NCBI GenBank assembly: GCA_963822175.1
Contig: CAWGGJ010000009.1
Span: 80,795 to 144,794, forward strand
Origin: an uncultured Chloroflexia bacterium
GTDB taxonomy: Bacteria > Chloroflexota > Anaerolineae > Anaerolineales > UBA4823
Length of the DNA stretch: 64,000 bases
Reading direction: 5' to 3'
Position 1 is the first letter of the stretch. Each line of letters begins with the position of its first letter. The translations under genes were made by a program, and so were the position numbers. Below, in pieces: positions 21,766 through 31,842 of this stretch. Below the pieces are notes generated by a model. That model had not been told where the DNA came from. It saw only the letters and a program-made list of their open reading frames with translations, and searched no databases.

Positions 21766-23295
21766 ATGACCAATTATCTGATCCGCCGCTTCTTCCAGAT
21801 GATCATCGTGGTGCTGCTCTCCACCGTGGCGATCTATGTCCTGCTCAACATCGCCCCGGGTGGGCCATTGGCAGGCCTGAAGATCACCGGTGACCGGAGA
21901 AACCGCCCATCCGAGGCAGATATCGCCCGCCTGGAGTCTTATTTGGGGCTAGACAAACCAGTCTTCCTGCGCTACCTGACCTGGCTGATCGGGGACGACT
22001 GGTTGGGATCCGATTGGTTGTACCTCGGATTAGGGAATTACCGTTACCCGAAGCTGGCTGCCAATGGTGAGCAGCTGGTCATCAGCGACCCGGTCACGGG
22101 TGAGAAGGTACCCCAGTGGAACGCCGCCCGTTTCTGGACCGACCCGGGACCGGCACTTTTAAACTCAGGCTACACTATATGGGTATGGGGTGAGAAGGCC
22201 GGCACGCACCAGTTCCTGGCTGACCGTATCCAGGTCAATCCACCCACCGGGGCTGCCAGGCCGGAGGATCTGACTGCCTTTGGCAGGGTGGTTAGAGTAA
22301 ACGCGGAGGATATCATCATTGAGGATGCAGGCGGGATCCAATCCACGGTGACGGTTGACCAGGATACCAGCTACACTTTTCCAAAGGGTGAGGGTTTACC
22401 CCGCCCGGAGGACGGAATGTGGCTTAAACTTGCCTGGCTGACCGGTTCCGATGGACTGCTACAACAATACTCAGGTTTCCATGGCAGTGGTCGGGGCATC
22501 TTGCGCGGGGATTTTGGCTGGTCGTGGAAGCTTGCCTCCGGTCAACCGGTAACGGCCTTGTTAAAAAGCCGCCTGGCGAACACCCTGATCCTGATGATCA
22601 CCGCCACTGTAGTATCCTTGGTGATCGCCATCCCCATCGGCATCTATTCCGGCGTGCACCAGTACAGCGCGGTGGATTACGCCATGACTACCTTTGCCTT
22701 CTTCGGCTCAGCCATGCCGGTCTTCTGGTTTGGCTTGATGCTCATCCTGGTCTTCTCATATTTCTTCAAACAATGGGGGCTGCCCTATATGCCCTCAGGA
22801 GGCACAATCCTGGTGAGGGAGGCACAGCCCGGCAGTTTGGCATTGCTGTTGAATGTGAGCAAGGGCAGCATGGTGGACCGCTTCATGCACATCATCCTGC
22901 CTGCAGCCATGCTCAGCCTGGCTTACCTGGCGGGCTGGTCGCGCTACATGCGCTCTTCCATGCTGGAAGTGCTGCGCCAGGATTACGTGCGCACGGCGCG
23001 GGCAAAAGGCCTGGTTGAAAAAGTGGTGATCGCCAAACATGCCCTGCGCAACGCGCTCATCCCCATCATCACCATCGTGGTCTTCCAGATCCCGGGGATT
23101 TTTGGGGGGGCGATCATGACCGAGACCATCTTTGCCTACCCGGGCATCGGGCGCCTGTACTTCGACGCCTTGAATGCGAGCGATTGGCCGGTGGTGATGT
23201 CCATCTTGTTCATCGAAGCGATATTGGTGGTGGTGGCCACCCTATTGGGTGATGTGCTGTACACCGTGGTCGACCCACGTATCCGGTTCAAGTAG
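21766..23295 (+). CDS. Peptide ABC permease (OppB/DppB-like) with a large extracytoplasmic insertion
   Basis: YLIRRFFQ, GLDKP, RGDFGWS, EAA-region RSSMLEVLRQDYVRTARAKG, ending DPRI. Confidence 0.92.
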   Translation: MTNYLIRRFFQMIIVVLLSTVAIYVLLNIAPGGPLAGLKITGDRRNRPSEADIARLESYLGLDKPVFLRYLTWLIGDDWLGSDWLYLGLGNYRYPKLAANGEQLVISDPVTGEKVPQWNAARFWTDPGPALLNSGYTIWVWGEKAGTHQFLADRIQVNPPTGAARPEDLTAFGRVVRVNAEDIIIEDAGGIQSTVTVDQDTSYTFPKGEGLPRPEDGMWLKLAWLTGSDGLLQQYSGFHGSGRGILRGDFGWSWKLASGQPVTALLKSRLANTLILMITATVVSLVIAIPIGIYSGVHQYSAVDYAMTTFAFFGSAMPVFWFGLMLILVFSYFFKQWGLPYMPSGGTILVREAQPGSLALLLNVSKGSMVDRFMHIILPAAMLSLAYLAGWSRYMRSSMLEVLRQDYVRTARAKGLVEKVVIAKHALRNALIPIITIVVFQIPGIFGGAIMTETIFAYPGIGRLYFDALNASDWPVVMSILFIEAILVVVATLLGDVLYTVVDPRIRFK

Positions 23296-23307
23296 GAGAG
23301 ATAAGCG

Positions 23308-24243
23308 ATGGCTGTTGCAGAGCTAGATCGAGAATCCCTTGCCAAAGTTAAAGAGGAAAGTTACCTGCGCATTGTCTGGACCCGCTTCAAACGGCATAAG
23401 CTGGCAGTGGGCAGTGGCATCATCCTGATCATCATCATCCTGGCGTGTGCCTTTGCCCCGCTGGTTGCACCTTACGACCCAACGGAGAGCCAGAAGGACG
23501 AAAATGGCGCTATCGTCAAGAATTCGCCCCCCACCTCTGAATATCTCATGGGGACGGATGCCATCGGGCGGGATGTGTTCAGCCGCCTGCTGTATGCCGG
23601 GCGCATCTCGCTGATGCTGGCTTTTGTGGTCACGATCTGTGCCGAGACATTAGGTTCATTAATTGGGGCAACTTCCGGTTTTTTTGGGGGTAGGTTGGAT
23701 GATATCATCCAGCGTACCGTTGAATTTTTGTTGACCCTCCCGCTGTTGCCGTTATTGCTGGCCATGTCGGCGTTGTTGCGCGGCATTGAGATCGCCTTCC
23801 TGCCGCCGGAGTGGAGCAGCGCCTTCATTATTGGCTTTATCCTGATCATCTTTGGCTGGATGGGCTCGTCGCGCCTGATGCGTGGCATGGTGTTGTCACT
23901 GCGCAACCAGGAATTCACCGAAGCTGCCCGGGCGATGGGATTGGGCAGCTTTGGCATCATCACCCGCCACATGATCCCCAACGCCATGGCGCCCATCATC
24001 GTCTCCGCCACGCTCAGCCTGGGTGGGGTCATCATTTACGAATCAGCCCTCTCATTCCTGGGCTTTGGCATCCAGCCGCCCGTCCCCACCTGGGGCAACA
24101 TGCTGGCGGAATATCAGACGGACATGTGGACCCAGCCCGCCAAGGTATTCTACCCCGGCCTATCTATCTTTGTGGTCAACCTGGCCTTCAACTATATGGG
24201 CGATGCCCTGCGCGATGCACTTGATCCACGCCTGAAGAGATAG
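23308..24243 (+). CDS. Peptide ABC permease (OppC/DppC-like)
   Basis: GTDAIGRDVFSR, EFTEAARAMG, ESALSFLG, GDALRDALDPR. Confidence 0.93.
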   Translation: MAVAELDRESLAKVKEESYLRIVWTRFKRHKLAVGSGIILIIIILACAFAPLVAPYDPTESQKDENGAIVKNSPPTSEYLMGTDAIGRDVFSRLLYAGRISLMLAFVVTICAETLGSLIGATSGFFGGRLDDIIQRTVEFLLTLPLLPLLLAMSALLRGIEIAFLPPEWSSAFIIGFILIIFGWMGSSRLMRGMVLSLRNQEFTEAARAMGLGSFGIITRHMIPNAMAPIIVSATLSLGGVIIYESALSFLGFGIQPPVPTWGNMLAEYQTDMWTQPAKVFYPGLSIFVVNLAFNYMGDALRDALDPRLKR

Positions 24244-24246
24244 GCT

Positions 24247-24786
24247 ATGCCTGAAGCCAAACCAAATTCATCGTCGTGCTTAAAAGCTGTTTTGATCGGA
24301 GCCCTGATCTTCGGAGGGTTGCTTTTCATGGTCACAGCGATGAACACCGGTGACCTGACGTGGTTTTGGCCTGTCTTCAAGGAAGTGCCTGTGGATATAA
24401 CCGTCCATTGTTACGGGAAGGATGTGCAGGTAAAACCCGGCCAACCTGCCTTTGAGGCGGTGAATGCAGCGGTCAACTCCAGCCTGACGGGGGTAAAACG
24501 GTGGGATGACCTCAGCATGTCGGATGCGACCTACCAGGAATACCAGACCAGCCCGACGATGATGGTGATCGAGCTGAGTTATGACCCACCGGTGCGTATC
24601 CACTCCCAGTATGCCTTCTTTAAGAATGTCAACAAGCTGATCATTCCATTGGATGGCCGGCATGCCCTGGCAAACCCGATATTTGGGCGCACGGGCGAGT
24701 TCACCAATTCAGGATCCTATCACGTTAAAAGCACTGCACCCATTGTAACCGCCTTGCAGGAGCAGGGGATCTGCACGAAACCCTAG
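24247..24786 (+). CDS. Hypothetical membrane-anchored protein inside the ABC operon
   Basis: 179 aa with one N-terminal hydrophobic helix, 3 nt after the oppC-like stop. Confidence 0.7.
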   Translation: MPEAKPNSSSCLKAVLIGALIFGGLLFMVTAMNTGDLTWFWPVFKEVPVDITVHCYGKDVQVKPGQPAFEAVNAAVNSSLTGVKRWDDLSMSDATYQEYQTSPTMMVIELSYDPPVRIHSQYAFFKNVNKLIIPLDGRHALANPIFGRTGEFTNSGSYHVKSTAPIVTALQEQGICTKP

Positions 24787-24846
24787 GACAACCATGGGTG
24801 ATACGGTTTTGGAGTAGAATTTATATTATTATAGAAGAGGACGCTC

Positions 24847-25869
24847 ATGATTGATAAAAAGGAAACATTGCTTGAGGTACGCAATCTGAAGACCTATTTT
24901 TACACCGAGGACGGGGTGGTCAAGGCCGTCGACGGGGTGGATTTTTCCGTCGGGCGGGGTGAGGTGCTGGGGCTGGTGGGAGAATCCGGTTGCGGGAAGA
25001 GCGTGACCTCACTCTCCATCATGCGCCTGATCGGTGTCCCGGGCAAGGTGGTAGAGGGCACGATCATGTTTGAAGGCCGTAACCTGCTGGAGCTTTCAGA
25101 ATCAGAGATGGTGCATATGCGCGGCAACCGCATGTCCATGATCTTCCAGCAGCCGCAGTCCAGCCTTAACCCGGTGTTCAAGGTCGGTGATCAGGTGGCG
25201 GAAGTTTTGCAGATCCACCAGAACATGGGAAAGGAAGAATCCTGGAACAAGGCGGTGGAGCTGTTACGCCTGGTGGGCATCCCAGACCCTGAGAGCAAAG
25301 CCCATTCATTCCCGCATGAGGTGTCGGGTGGGCAGGCACAGCGCGTGATGATCGCCATGGCGCTGGCATTGAACCCACAACTGCTCATTGCTGATGAACC
25401 CACCACCGCCCTGGATGTGACCATTCAAGCACAGATCCTTGATTTGATGCGCGACCTGCGTACACGCATGGATACCGCGGTCATCCTGATCACCCACGAC
25501 CTGGGCGTGATCTCCGAGATGGCTGACCGGGTGGCAGTCATGTATGCCGGGCGCATCGTGGAACAAACGGATATCAGAACCCTGTTTACCCACCCAATGC
25601 ATCCATACACCCAGGGTTTGATGGCCTCCATCCCTGTCCTGGGTACGGTTAAAGAGACGCTGGAGGTCATCCCCGGCTCAGTGCCCAACCTGGTCAACCT
25701 GCCCCCAGGCTGCCAGTTCGCACCCCGCTGCCGGAAGCGCATAGAGTACCAATTAGCCATCTGCACCCAGGTAGAACCCCAGCTGCTCCCGGTTGAGCCT
25801 GAGCACCTTTGCCGCTGCTGGCTCTACCAGGATTATGAGGGGCACCAAGCTCCACTAAAACCTTCCTGA
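24847..25869 (+). CDS. Peptide ABC ATP-binding protein (OppD-like)
   Basis: [28 protein letters not shown]-terminal Cys cluster. Confidence 0.94.
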   Translation: MIDKKETLLEVRNLKTYFYTEDGVVKAVDGVDFSVGRGEVLGLVGESGCGKSVTSLSIMRLIGVPGKVVEGTIMFEGRNLLELSESEMVHMRGNRMSMIFQQPQSSLNPVFKVGDQVAEVLQIHQNMGKEESWNKAVELLRLVGIPDPESKAHSFPHEVSGGQAQRVMIAMALALNPQLLIADEPTTALDVTIQAQILDLMRDLRTRMDTAVILITHDLGVISEMADRVAVMYAGRIVEQTDIRTLFTHPMHPYTQGLMASIPVLGTVKETLEVIPGSVPNLVNLPPGCQFAPRCRKRIEYQLAICTQVEPQLLPVEPEHLCRCWLYQDYEGHQAPLKPS

Positions 25870-25894
25870 CCCCACTTATTTGGAGATATATACC

Positions 25895-26890
25895 ATGACT
25901 GATCAAGCTGTTCAAACCAATGGCAAGAAAAACCTACTTGAGATCAAGGAGCTGGTCAAATATTTCCCGGTACGCGGTGGTCTTTTACAAAAAGTCGTTG
26001 CCTGGGTGCAGGCGGTGGATAATATCAGTTTCAATATTCGCCAGGGTGAGACGCTTGGCCTGGTGGGTGAATCCGGTTGTGGCAAGACCACCGTTGGGCG
26101 CACCCTGCTGAGATTGATCGAGCTCACCAGCGGCTCGGTGCTCTTTGATGGCGTGGATGTTGCCCAATTAAAGGGTAAAGAGCTTAAAGCCATGCGGCGG
26201 AATATGCAGATCATCTTCCAGGACCCATATGCTTCCCTGGATCCCCGCATGCCAATCGGCGAATCTATCGCCGAAGGACTGAAAATTCACAACGTCGGCA
26301 CTCCGCGCCAGCGTTTTGAGACCACGATCGAAATGTTACGCAAGGTGGGAATGGAAGACTACCACGCCCGCCGTTATCCACATGAATTCTCGGGTGGTCA
26401 GCGCCAGCGCATCGGTATCGCCCGTGCCCTGGCATTACGCCCCAAGTTCATCGTTGCTGACGAGCCCGTTTCGGCATTGGATGTTTCCATCCAGTCACAG
26501 GTGCTCAACATCCTCAAAGAGCTTCAGCGTGAATTTGGCCTCACCTACCTGTTCATCGCCCACAACCTGAGCGTGGTTGAGCACATTTCCGACCGGGTGG
26601 CGGTGATGTACCTGGGCAAGATGGTCGAGATGACCACGCGTGAAGAGCTGTTCCGCAACCCATTGCATCCCTATACCCAGGCGCTGATGTCTGCCATCCC
26701 CATCCCCGACCCCACCCTGATCCGTGAGCGCATCATCCTGCAGGGGGATGTGCCCAGCCCGTTGAACCCACCCGGAGGCTGTCGCTTCCACCCACGCTGC
26801 CCGGTGGCATTGGATGTATGCGGTATCGAGGAACCACCGTTCCGCGAGGTCAGCAATGATCATCTGGTAGCCTGCTGGCGGGTGGAATAA
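25895..26890 (+). CDS. Peptide ABC ATP-binding protein (OppF-like)
   Basis: [33 protein letters not shown]. Confidence 0.94.
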   Translation: MTDQAVQTNGKKNLLEIKELVKYFPVRGGLLQKVVAWVQAVDNISFNIRQGETLGLVGESGCGKTTVGRTLLRLIELTSGSVLFDGVDVAQLKGKELKAMRRNMQIIFQDPYASLDPRMPIGESIAEGLKIHNVGTPRQRFETTIEMLRKVGMEDYHARRYPHEFSGGQRQRIGIARALALRPKFIVADEPVSALDVSIQSQVLNILKELQREFGLTYLFIAHNLSVVEHISDRVAVMYLGKMVEMTTREELFRNPLHPYTQALMSAIPIPDPTLIRERIILQGDVPSPLNPPGGCRFHPRCPVALDVCGIEEPPFREVSNDHLVACWRVE

Positions 26891-26938
26891 GATAACATTA
26901 CTATCGAAATAATTCCATATCATGTGATTATTCCCATT

Positions 26939-26964
26939 GTAGGGGCACGAGATGTCGTGCCCCT
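26939..26964 (+). repeat. GTAG-type REP-like hairpin
   Basis: GT-AGGGGCACGA-GATG-TCGTGCCCCT. Confidence 0.65.
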
Positions 26965-27023
26965 TATTTGTCCGGGATCCCCGGGCTGCTTCCGAAATAA
27001 AAATCATGATAGAATGATTCGAC

Positions 27024-28181
27024 ATGGCTGCCTATCGGGTTTTGGTTGTGGATGATAACCACGAAATCAGGCGTATGGTGACCGCAAGCATCAAGTCGCT
27101 CAGTGCTGAGATCGACGTGCTGGATGTGCCATCTGCAGAAGAAGCGCTGTTCATCAGTGCATCGCTCCCACTTGACCTGGTGGTGTTGGATTTTCGTTTA
27201 CCCGGCATGACGGGATTGGAAATGGTGCCCCGCCTCCGCAGGCGAATACCGGGCACAAAAATAATCCTGGTCACCGGGGTCGAGGAGGCGAACGTTCGCC
27301 AGCAAGTTACCCAGGCTGGAGTTGACGCCTACTTCTTTAAGCCCATTGAAATTGGTATTTTTCTGGATGCAGTCAAGCGTTGCTTATGGTCTGAGCAGGG
27401 CGGAGTAGCCCCTGTCGGCGGGGAAAGCATGTATCCCAGCACAACCAGGGCAACAACCGCTCAACCAACTGCCGTTAAAACCAAACGGTTGCCCCAGGGT
27501 GAAAGCGAGGCAAAGTCAGAGATCAAAAAGGGCTTCCAGCCCACGCTGGACGAGCGCCTGACCAGCCTGAAACAGCAGGTGAGAGCTTCATCGGTCCTTT
27601 TATTGAATGATATTGGCCAGGTCGTGGAAATAGCCGGCAATCCATCACAGATCACGTCCGGCTCGGCATTGCTTCCTGCCTTGATGGAAGCCTTCCGTGC
27701 CAGCCAGAAAGTATCCGATGCCTTGGGCACAGGGCAAAATGAAAGCCTGCTTTATTTTACCAAGGGCAAAGAGCGCATCTACCTTGCACCCGTTGGCCAG
27801 TCCAACGTCCTGCTGATGGTCACGATTGGATATATCGAGCCGGAAAAACTCGGGTTGCTTGACCGGGCGATCCACCTGGCGGTACAGGACCTCGACGCAA
27901 TCCTTGAACATATGGTGGAGGAAGAAAACCGCAGGGCAGACGAGGCTGAAGCGAGCGAGGGTGAGCTGCCATCGGAGATCAGCATTGATGAGAAAACCCT
28001 CACCGATGTTGAGCGTATATTCTCTAAAGGTCCAAAGAAAAGCAGTGCGGATCAGGTAGATGGATTCTGGGAGACTCTGGCAGAAAATAGCGAAGAGGAT
28101 GGCACAATTAGTAAGGATGTCATTTCGTATGAGCAGGCGCGAGATATGGGACTGGCTCCAGAAAATGAAGAGAAAGACTGA
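27024..28181 (+). CDS. Response regulator with receiver domain and C-terminal roadblock/LC7-like region
   Basis: VLVVDD...VVLDFRLPGMTG...KP receiver motifs; second domain SVLLLNDIGQVV...IYLAPVG..VLLMV; acidic tail. Confidence 0.8.
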   Translation: MAAYRVLVVDDNHEIRRMVTASIKSLSAEIDVLDVPSAEEALFISASLPLDLVVLDFRLPGMTGLEMVPRLRRRIPGTKIILVTGVEEANVRQQVTQAGVDAYFFKPIEIGIFLDAVKRCLWSEQGGVAPVGGESMYPSTTRATTAQPTAVKTKRLPQGESEAKSEIKKGFQPTLDERLTSLKQQVRASSVLLLNDIGQVVEIAGNPSQITSGSALLPALMEAFRASQKVSDALGTGQNESLLYFTKGKERIYLAPVGQSNVLLMVTIGYIEPEKLGLLDRAIHLAVQDLDAILEHMVEEENRRADEAEASEGELPSEISIDEKTLTDVERIFSKGPKKSSADQVDGFWETLAENSEEDGTISKDVISYEQARDMGLAPENEEKD

Positions 28182-28268
28182 GCGTATCAGTGCAGATCAA
28201 CTCCCACCACGTGGGATAACGATAAAAATATGATAAAATACCAGACGCCCTGAAAACAGGGTGCAAAT

Positions 28269-28339
28269 TGGGGCATGGTGCAATGGCAGCACAGCAGACT
28301 TTGGATCTGTTTATTCTGGTTCGAGCCCGGATGCCCCAG
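28269..28339 (+). tRNA. tRNA-Gln(TTG)
   Basis: Acceptor stem TGGGGCA/TGCCCCA, anticodon arm GCAGA-CTTTGGA-TCTGT, T-loop GGTTCGAG; CCA not encoded. Confidence 0.9.
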
Positions 28340-28452
28340 CTAGTTACCTGATATGACATCTGGTATGATTAACGCAAGGTCTCCCGGGTGCGATGCTTTG
28401 GAAATGCTGAAGCCCCACCCCGACTTTGCGTTTTTGCTTTGATGGAGGGACG

Positions 28453-29799
28453 ATGAAAATTTCCTCGGTTATTCTTGCTGCCGGGCAGGGCACCCGGATG
28501 AAATCCAACCTGCCGAAGGTGCTCCACCGGCTGCTTGGGAAACCCATGGCGTGGTACGCCCTGGAAGCAGCCCGGCAGGTGACAGCAACCCAGCCAGTGA
28601 TGGTGGTCGGCCATGGAGCAGAACAGGTGCGCCTGGAGTTGGGTGATGTGGCTGATTATGTGTTACAGGAACCCCAATTAGGCACCGGGCACGCCGTGAT
28701 GCAGGCAGAACCATTGCTGGCGGGAAAAACCGACCTGGTTTTGGTGACTTACGCCGACATGCCGCTGCTCAGGGCTGATACGCTGAGCCGCCTGGTTGAA
28801 ATAGCGCAGTCACATACCGGTCCGGTCACCATGCTGACGGTGACCACCGGTGAGACACGGGGTTTTGGGCGGATCGTACGCGATGCAAATGGGCAGGTGA
28901 GTGGAATTATTGAAGAAGCCCAGGCAACCGCAGAGCAGCTGATGATCCATGAACTTAATCCAGGGGTATACTGCTTCCAGGCTGACTGGCTTTGGAAGGC
29001 ATTGAAGCGCATCCAACTCTCTCCCAAGGGAGAGTATTACCTTACCGACCTGGCGGGCATGGCAGTGACGGAGGGTCATACCATCCAAACCCTGGGTATG
29101 GAAGACCTGGACGAGGTGATCGGCATCAACACTCGCCAGCACCTTGCTCAGGCAGAAGGCCTGTTGCGGCAGCGCATTAACCAGGGATGGATGCTGGCTG
29201 GGGTGACCATGATCGAGCCGGCCAACGTTTACATTGAGCCAGGGGTGACCCTTGGCCAGGATACGATCCTGTGGCCGGGTACCTACCTGCATGGCAGCAC
29301 CCAGATCGGTGAAGGCTGTGTCATCGGCCCAAACACGATCGTCAGGGACACAAAAATCGGTGATAACTGCACCTTGCTGGCTTCAGTGGTGGAAGGGGCG
29401 GTGCTCGAGGACCATGTGGAGATGGGGCCGTACTGCCACTTGCGCAAGGGAGCTCATCTATGCAATGGGGTACACATGGGCAATTTTGGTGAGGTCAAGA
29501 ATTCCACCCTTGGGCCAGGTGCCAAAATGGGGCACTTTTCATACCTGGGGGATACAACCGTGGGTGCGAAGGCGAACATTGGTGCCGGTACCATCACCTG
29601 CAACTATGATGGCGAGCACAAGTATCCCACCGAGATCGGTGAGGATGCCTTCATCGGGTCCGACACCATGTTGGTGGCACCGGTGAAGGTGGGAGCAGGT
29701 GCCAAGACCGGGGCAGGTGCGGTGGTTACCAAGGATATTCCGCCCTATACGCTGGCAGTGGGTATGCCCGCCAGGGCAATCCGAAAGCTGGAAAAATGA
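28453..29799 (+). CDS. glmU: Bifunctional UDP-GlcNAc pyrophosphorylase/glucosamine-1-P acetyltransferase
   Basis: ILAAGQGTRMKS..PKVLH, QLGTGHAV, EYYLTD, hexapeptide repeats, NIGAGTITCNYDG. Confidence 0.96.
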   Translation: MKISSVILAAGQGTRMKSNLPKVLHRLLGKPMAWYALEAARQVTATQPVMVVGHGAEQVRLELGDVADYVLQEPQLGTGHAVMQAEPLLAGKTDLVLVTYADMPLLRADTLSRLVEIAQSHTGPVTMLTVTTGETRGFGRIVRDANGQVSGIIEEAQATAEQLMIHELNPGVYCFQADWLWKALKRIQLSPKGEYYLTDLAGMAVTEGHTIQTLGMEDLDEVIGINTRQHLAQAEGLLRQRINQGWMLAGVTMIEPANVYIEPGVTLGQDTILWPGTYLHGSTQIGEGCVIGPNTIVRDTKIGDNCTLLASVVEGAVLEDHVEMGPYCHLRKGAHLCNGVHMGNFGEVKNSTLGPGAKMGHFSYLGDTTVGAKANIGAGTITCNYDGEHKYPTEIGEDAFIGSDTMLVAPVKVGAGAKTGAGAVVTKDIPPYTLAVGMPARAIRKLEK

Positions 29800-31082
29800 A
29801 ACCCTTTCTGATCCTGGGCATCCTGATCCTGCTAGGCTTGGACATGTTCACCATCGCTTACCGGGCGGCTTTCCTCAATGCCAGCCTGGCACGGTTGCTG
29901 GCTCTCAAAGAAGAGATGGAAACGAAGGTCAACCGGACGGTTGCCCTGCTGCATGCTCCGCAGGATTGGCTGGCTGCCAGTAACTTTATGCAGCTGCTGG
30001 CAAGGTTTTTAGGTGCCAGCCTGCTCCTGGCTTTCTTTGTCCCTGAAGCCTGGACTATCTCAAGCGTGCTGATAGAGCTGGGTATCCTGCTCCTGGCAGC
30101 AGTGGTTGTTTTTTGGCTGGAATGGGGGTTGGAGGTGATCGTTACACAGCACCCGGAAGCCTGGTCGATGCGCCTGGCACCTTCTGTGCGTACCATGACC
30201 ATGATCCTTTCACCGTTTCTAATCCTGCCGCTGGCATTTGGGCGGCGCAAGGGTGAAACCCAGGAACCTGTAAGCACCGTCACCGAAGAGGAGCTGAAAA
30301 GCATGGTTGATGCCGGGCACGAAGGGGGTGTGCTTGAGGGGGACGAGCGCCAGATGATCTACTCGATCTTCGAGCTGGGTGATACCCTGGTGCGTGAGAT
30401 CATGTTGCCGCGTATCTATATCACTGCCCTGGAGGTTTCCACCCCACTGCAAGAGGCGGTAAATGAGCTGATCAAATCGGGTCACTCGCGGGTACCTGTA
30501 TATGAGGAATCGGTGGATAATATCCTGGGCTTGCTATATGCCAAGGACCTGTTGAAGATATGGCGCCAGGGGGACCAGATCGTTTCATTACACAGCCTGC
30601 TACGCCCGGCGACCTTTGTGCCTGAAGCCAAGAAGGTGGATGAGCTGCTCGAGGAGATGCAGGCCGGGCACGTGCATATGGCCATGGTGGTAGATGAGTA
30701 TGGTGGCATTGCCGGGTTAGTCACCCTGGAGGATATCTTCGAGGAAATTGTGGGCGAGATCCAGGATGAATATGACCAGAGCGAGGAGGCACCTTACGTG
30801 CAGGTGGCGGAGGGTGAGTACATTTTCCAGGGACGTGTGGACCTAAAAGAATTTAATGAAGTAATGGGCAGCCAATTGCCAACCGAAGAGACCGAGACTT
30901 TGGGTGGCTTTATCTACGAGCAGGTGGGACGTGTACCCACCAGTGGGGAGAGCCTGCAGGTGAGCGACCTGGTGTTGACCATTGAGCAGGTCATCGGAAG
31001 GCGCATCCGCAAAGTGAGGGCAAAGAAGTTACCCGAGACTGTTCAGGAAACGAGGCAAGATGGAAACACATCTGACGAATGA
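29796..31082 (+). CDS. CNNM/CBS/CorC domain (hemolysin-family) membrane protein
   Basis: N-terminal helices; GHSRVPVY, VVDEYGGIAGLVTLEDIFEEIVGEI, ETLGGF. Confidence 0.9.
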   Translation: MKPFLILGILILLGLDMFTIAYRAAFLNASLARLLALKEEMETKVNRTVALLHAPQDWLAASNFMQLLARFLGASLLLAFFVPEAWTISSVLIELGILLLAAVVVFWLEWGLEVIVTQHPEAWSMRLAPSVRTMTMILSPFLILPLAFGRRKGETQEPVSTVTEEELKSMVDAGHEGGVLEGDERQMIYSIFELGDTLVREIMLPRIYITALEVSTPLQEAVNELIKSGHSRVPVYEESVDNILGLLYAKDLLKIWRQGDQIVSLHSLLRPATFVPEAKKVDELLEEMQAGHVHMAMVVDEYGGIAGLVTLEDIFEEIVGEIQDEYDQSEEAPYVQVAEGEYIFQGRVDLKEFNEVMGSQLPTEETETLGGFIYEQVGRVPTSGESLQVSDLVLTIEQVIGRRIRKVRAKKLPETVQETRQDGNTSDE

Positions 31083-31470
31083 AATGCGTGCCAGGCTGGT
31101 GCAGCTGGGAACAGAAGCGCGTGAGCGGGCATATGCCCCCTATTCAAAATACCGGGTGGGGGCAGCGCTGGTGACCCCGGCGGGTAAGTATTACACAGGT
31201 GCCAATGTGGAAAATGCTGCCTATCCCAACGGTTTGTGTGCCGAACGAGTGGCTCTCTTTCATGCAGTGTCACAAGGGGAGCGGGAGTTCCTCGCCATTG
31301 CCGTGGTCACGGGTAACGGGGGCACTCCCTGTGGGGCCTGCCGCCAGGCAATGGCAGAATTTGGGCTGGATACCCTGGTGCTCATCGCAGACGCCCAAGG
31401 GAAAGTGTTGCTGGAAGTAAAGCTATCGGAGCTGTTGCCGGGGGCATTTGGACCGGGGGATTTGGGGTAG
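31060..31470 (+). CDS. cdd: Cytidine deaminase
   Basis: AYAPYSKYRVGAA, NVENAAY, CAER, PCGACRQ. Confidence 0.95.
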   Translation: METHLTNEMRARLVQLGTEARERAYAPYSKYRVGAALVTPAGKYYTGANVENAAYPNGLCAERVALFHAVSQGEREFLAIAVVTGNGGTPCGACRQAMAEFGLDTLVLIADAQGKVLLEVKLSELLPGAFGPGDLG

Positions 31471-31742
31471 GCGAGCAGGTAAGACATCGAAATGTCTTGA
31501 CTTGCGCTGATTAAGCGTAATAAATGGCTAAAATAGCCATATTTTAAGGCTTTAAAACGTAAAAGGGGGTGAAATATTAATGTTTAACAGACTATTTAGA
31601 GGACATGTGTATGTTAATATAGTGAAAGTAAGCTATTCACCCGAGCAAGAAGTGGTGATAGCCAGCCTCACCCAATTCCTTCACGTACGTTAGCGTAGCC
31701 AAAGTCGTCTAATGGGGACGTGGGAATGAGAGTACATTGCCA

Positions 31743-31770
31743 TAGAGACGCCCCATTGGGGCGTCTCTAC
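31743..31770 (-). repeat. GTAG-type REP-like palindrome
   Basis: Minus strand GTAGAGACGCCCCAATGGGGCGTCTCTA. Confidence 0.65.
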
Positions 31771-31807
31771 ATTAAACTTAATAATCCACGAGAGGTATGA
31801 AGATAAA

Positions 31808-31835
31808 AGACCCTTCGGGTTGTTCCGAAGGGTCT
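31808..31835 (-). terminator. Hairpin after the nucleoside ABC ATPase gene
   Basis: AGACCCTTCGG-GTTGTT-CCGAAGGGTCT, with TTTT following on the minus strand. Confidence 0.65.
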
Positions 31836-31842
31836 CGAGTTT

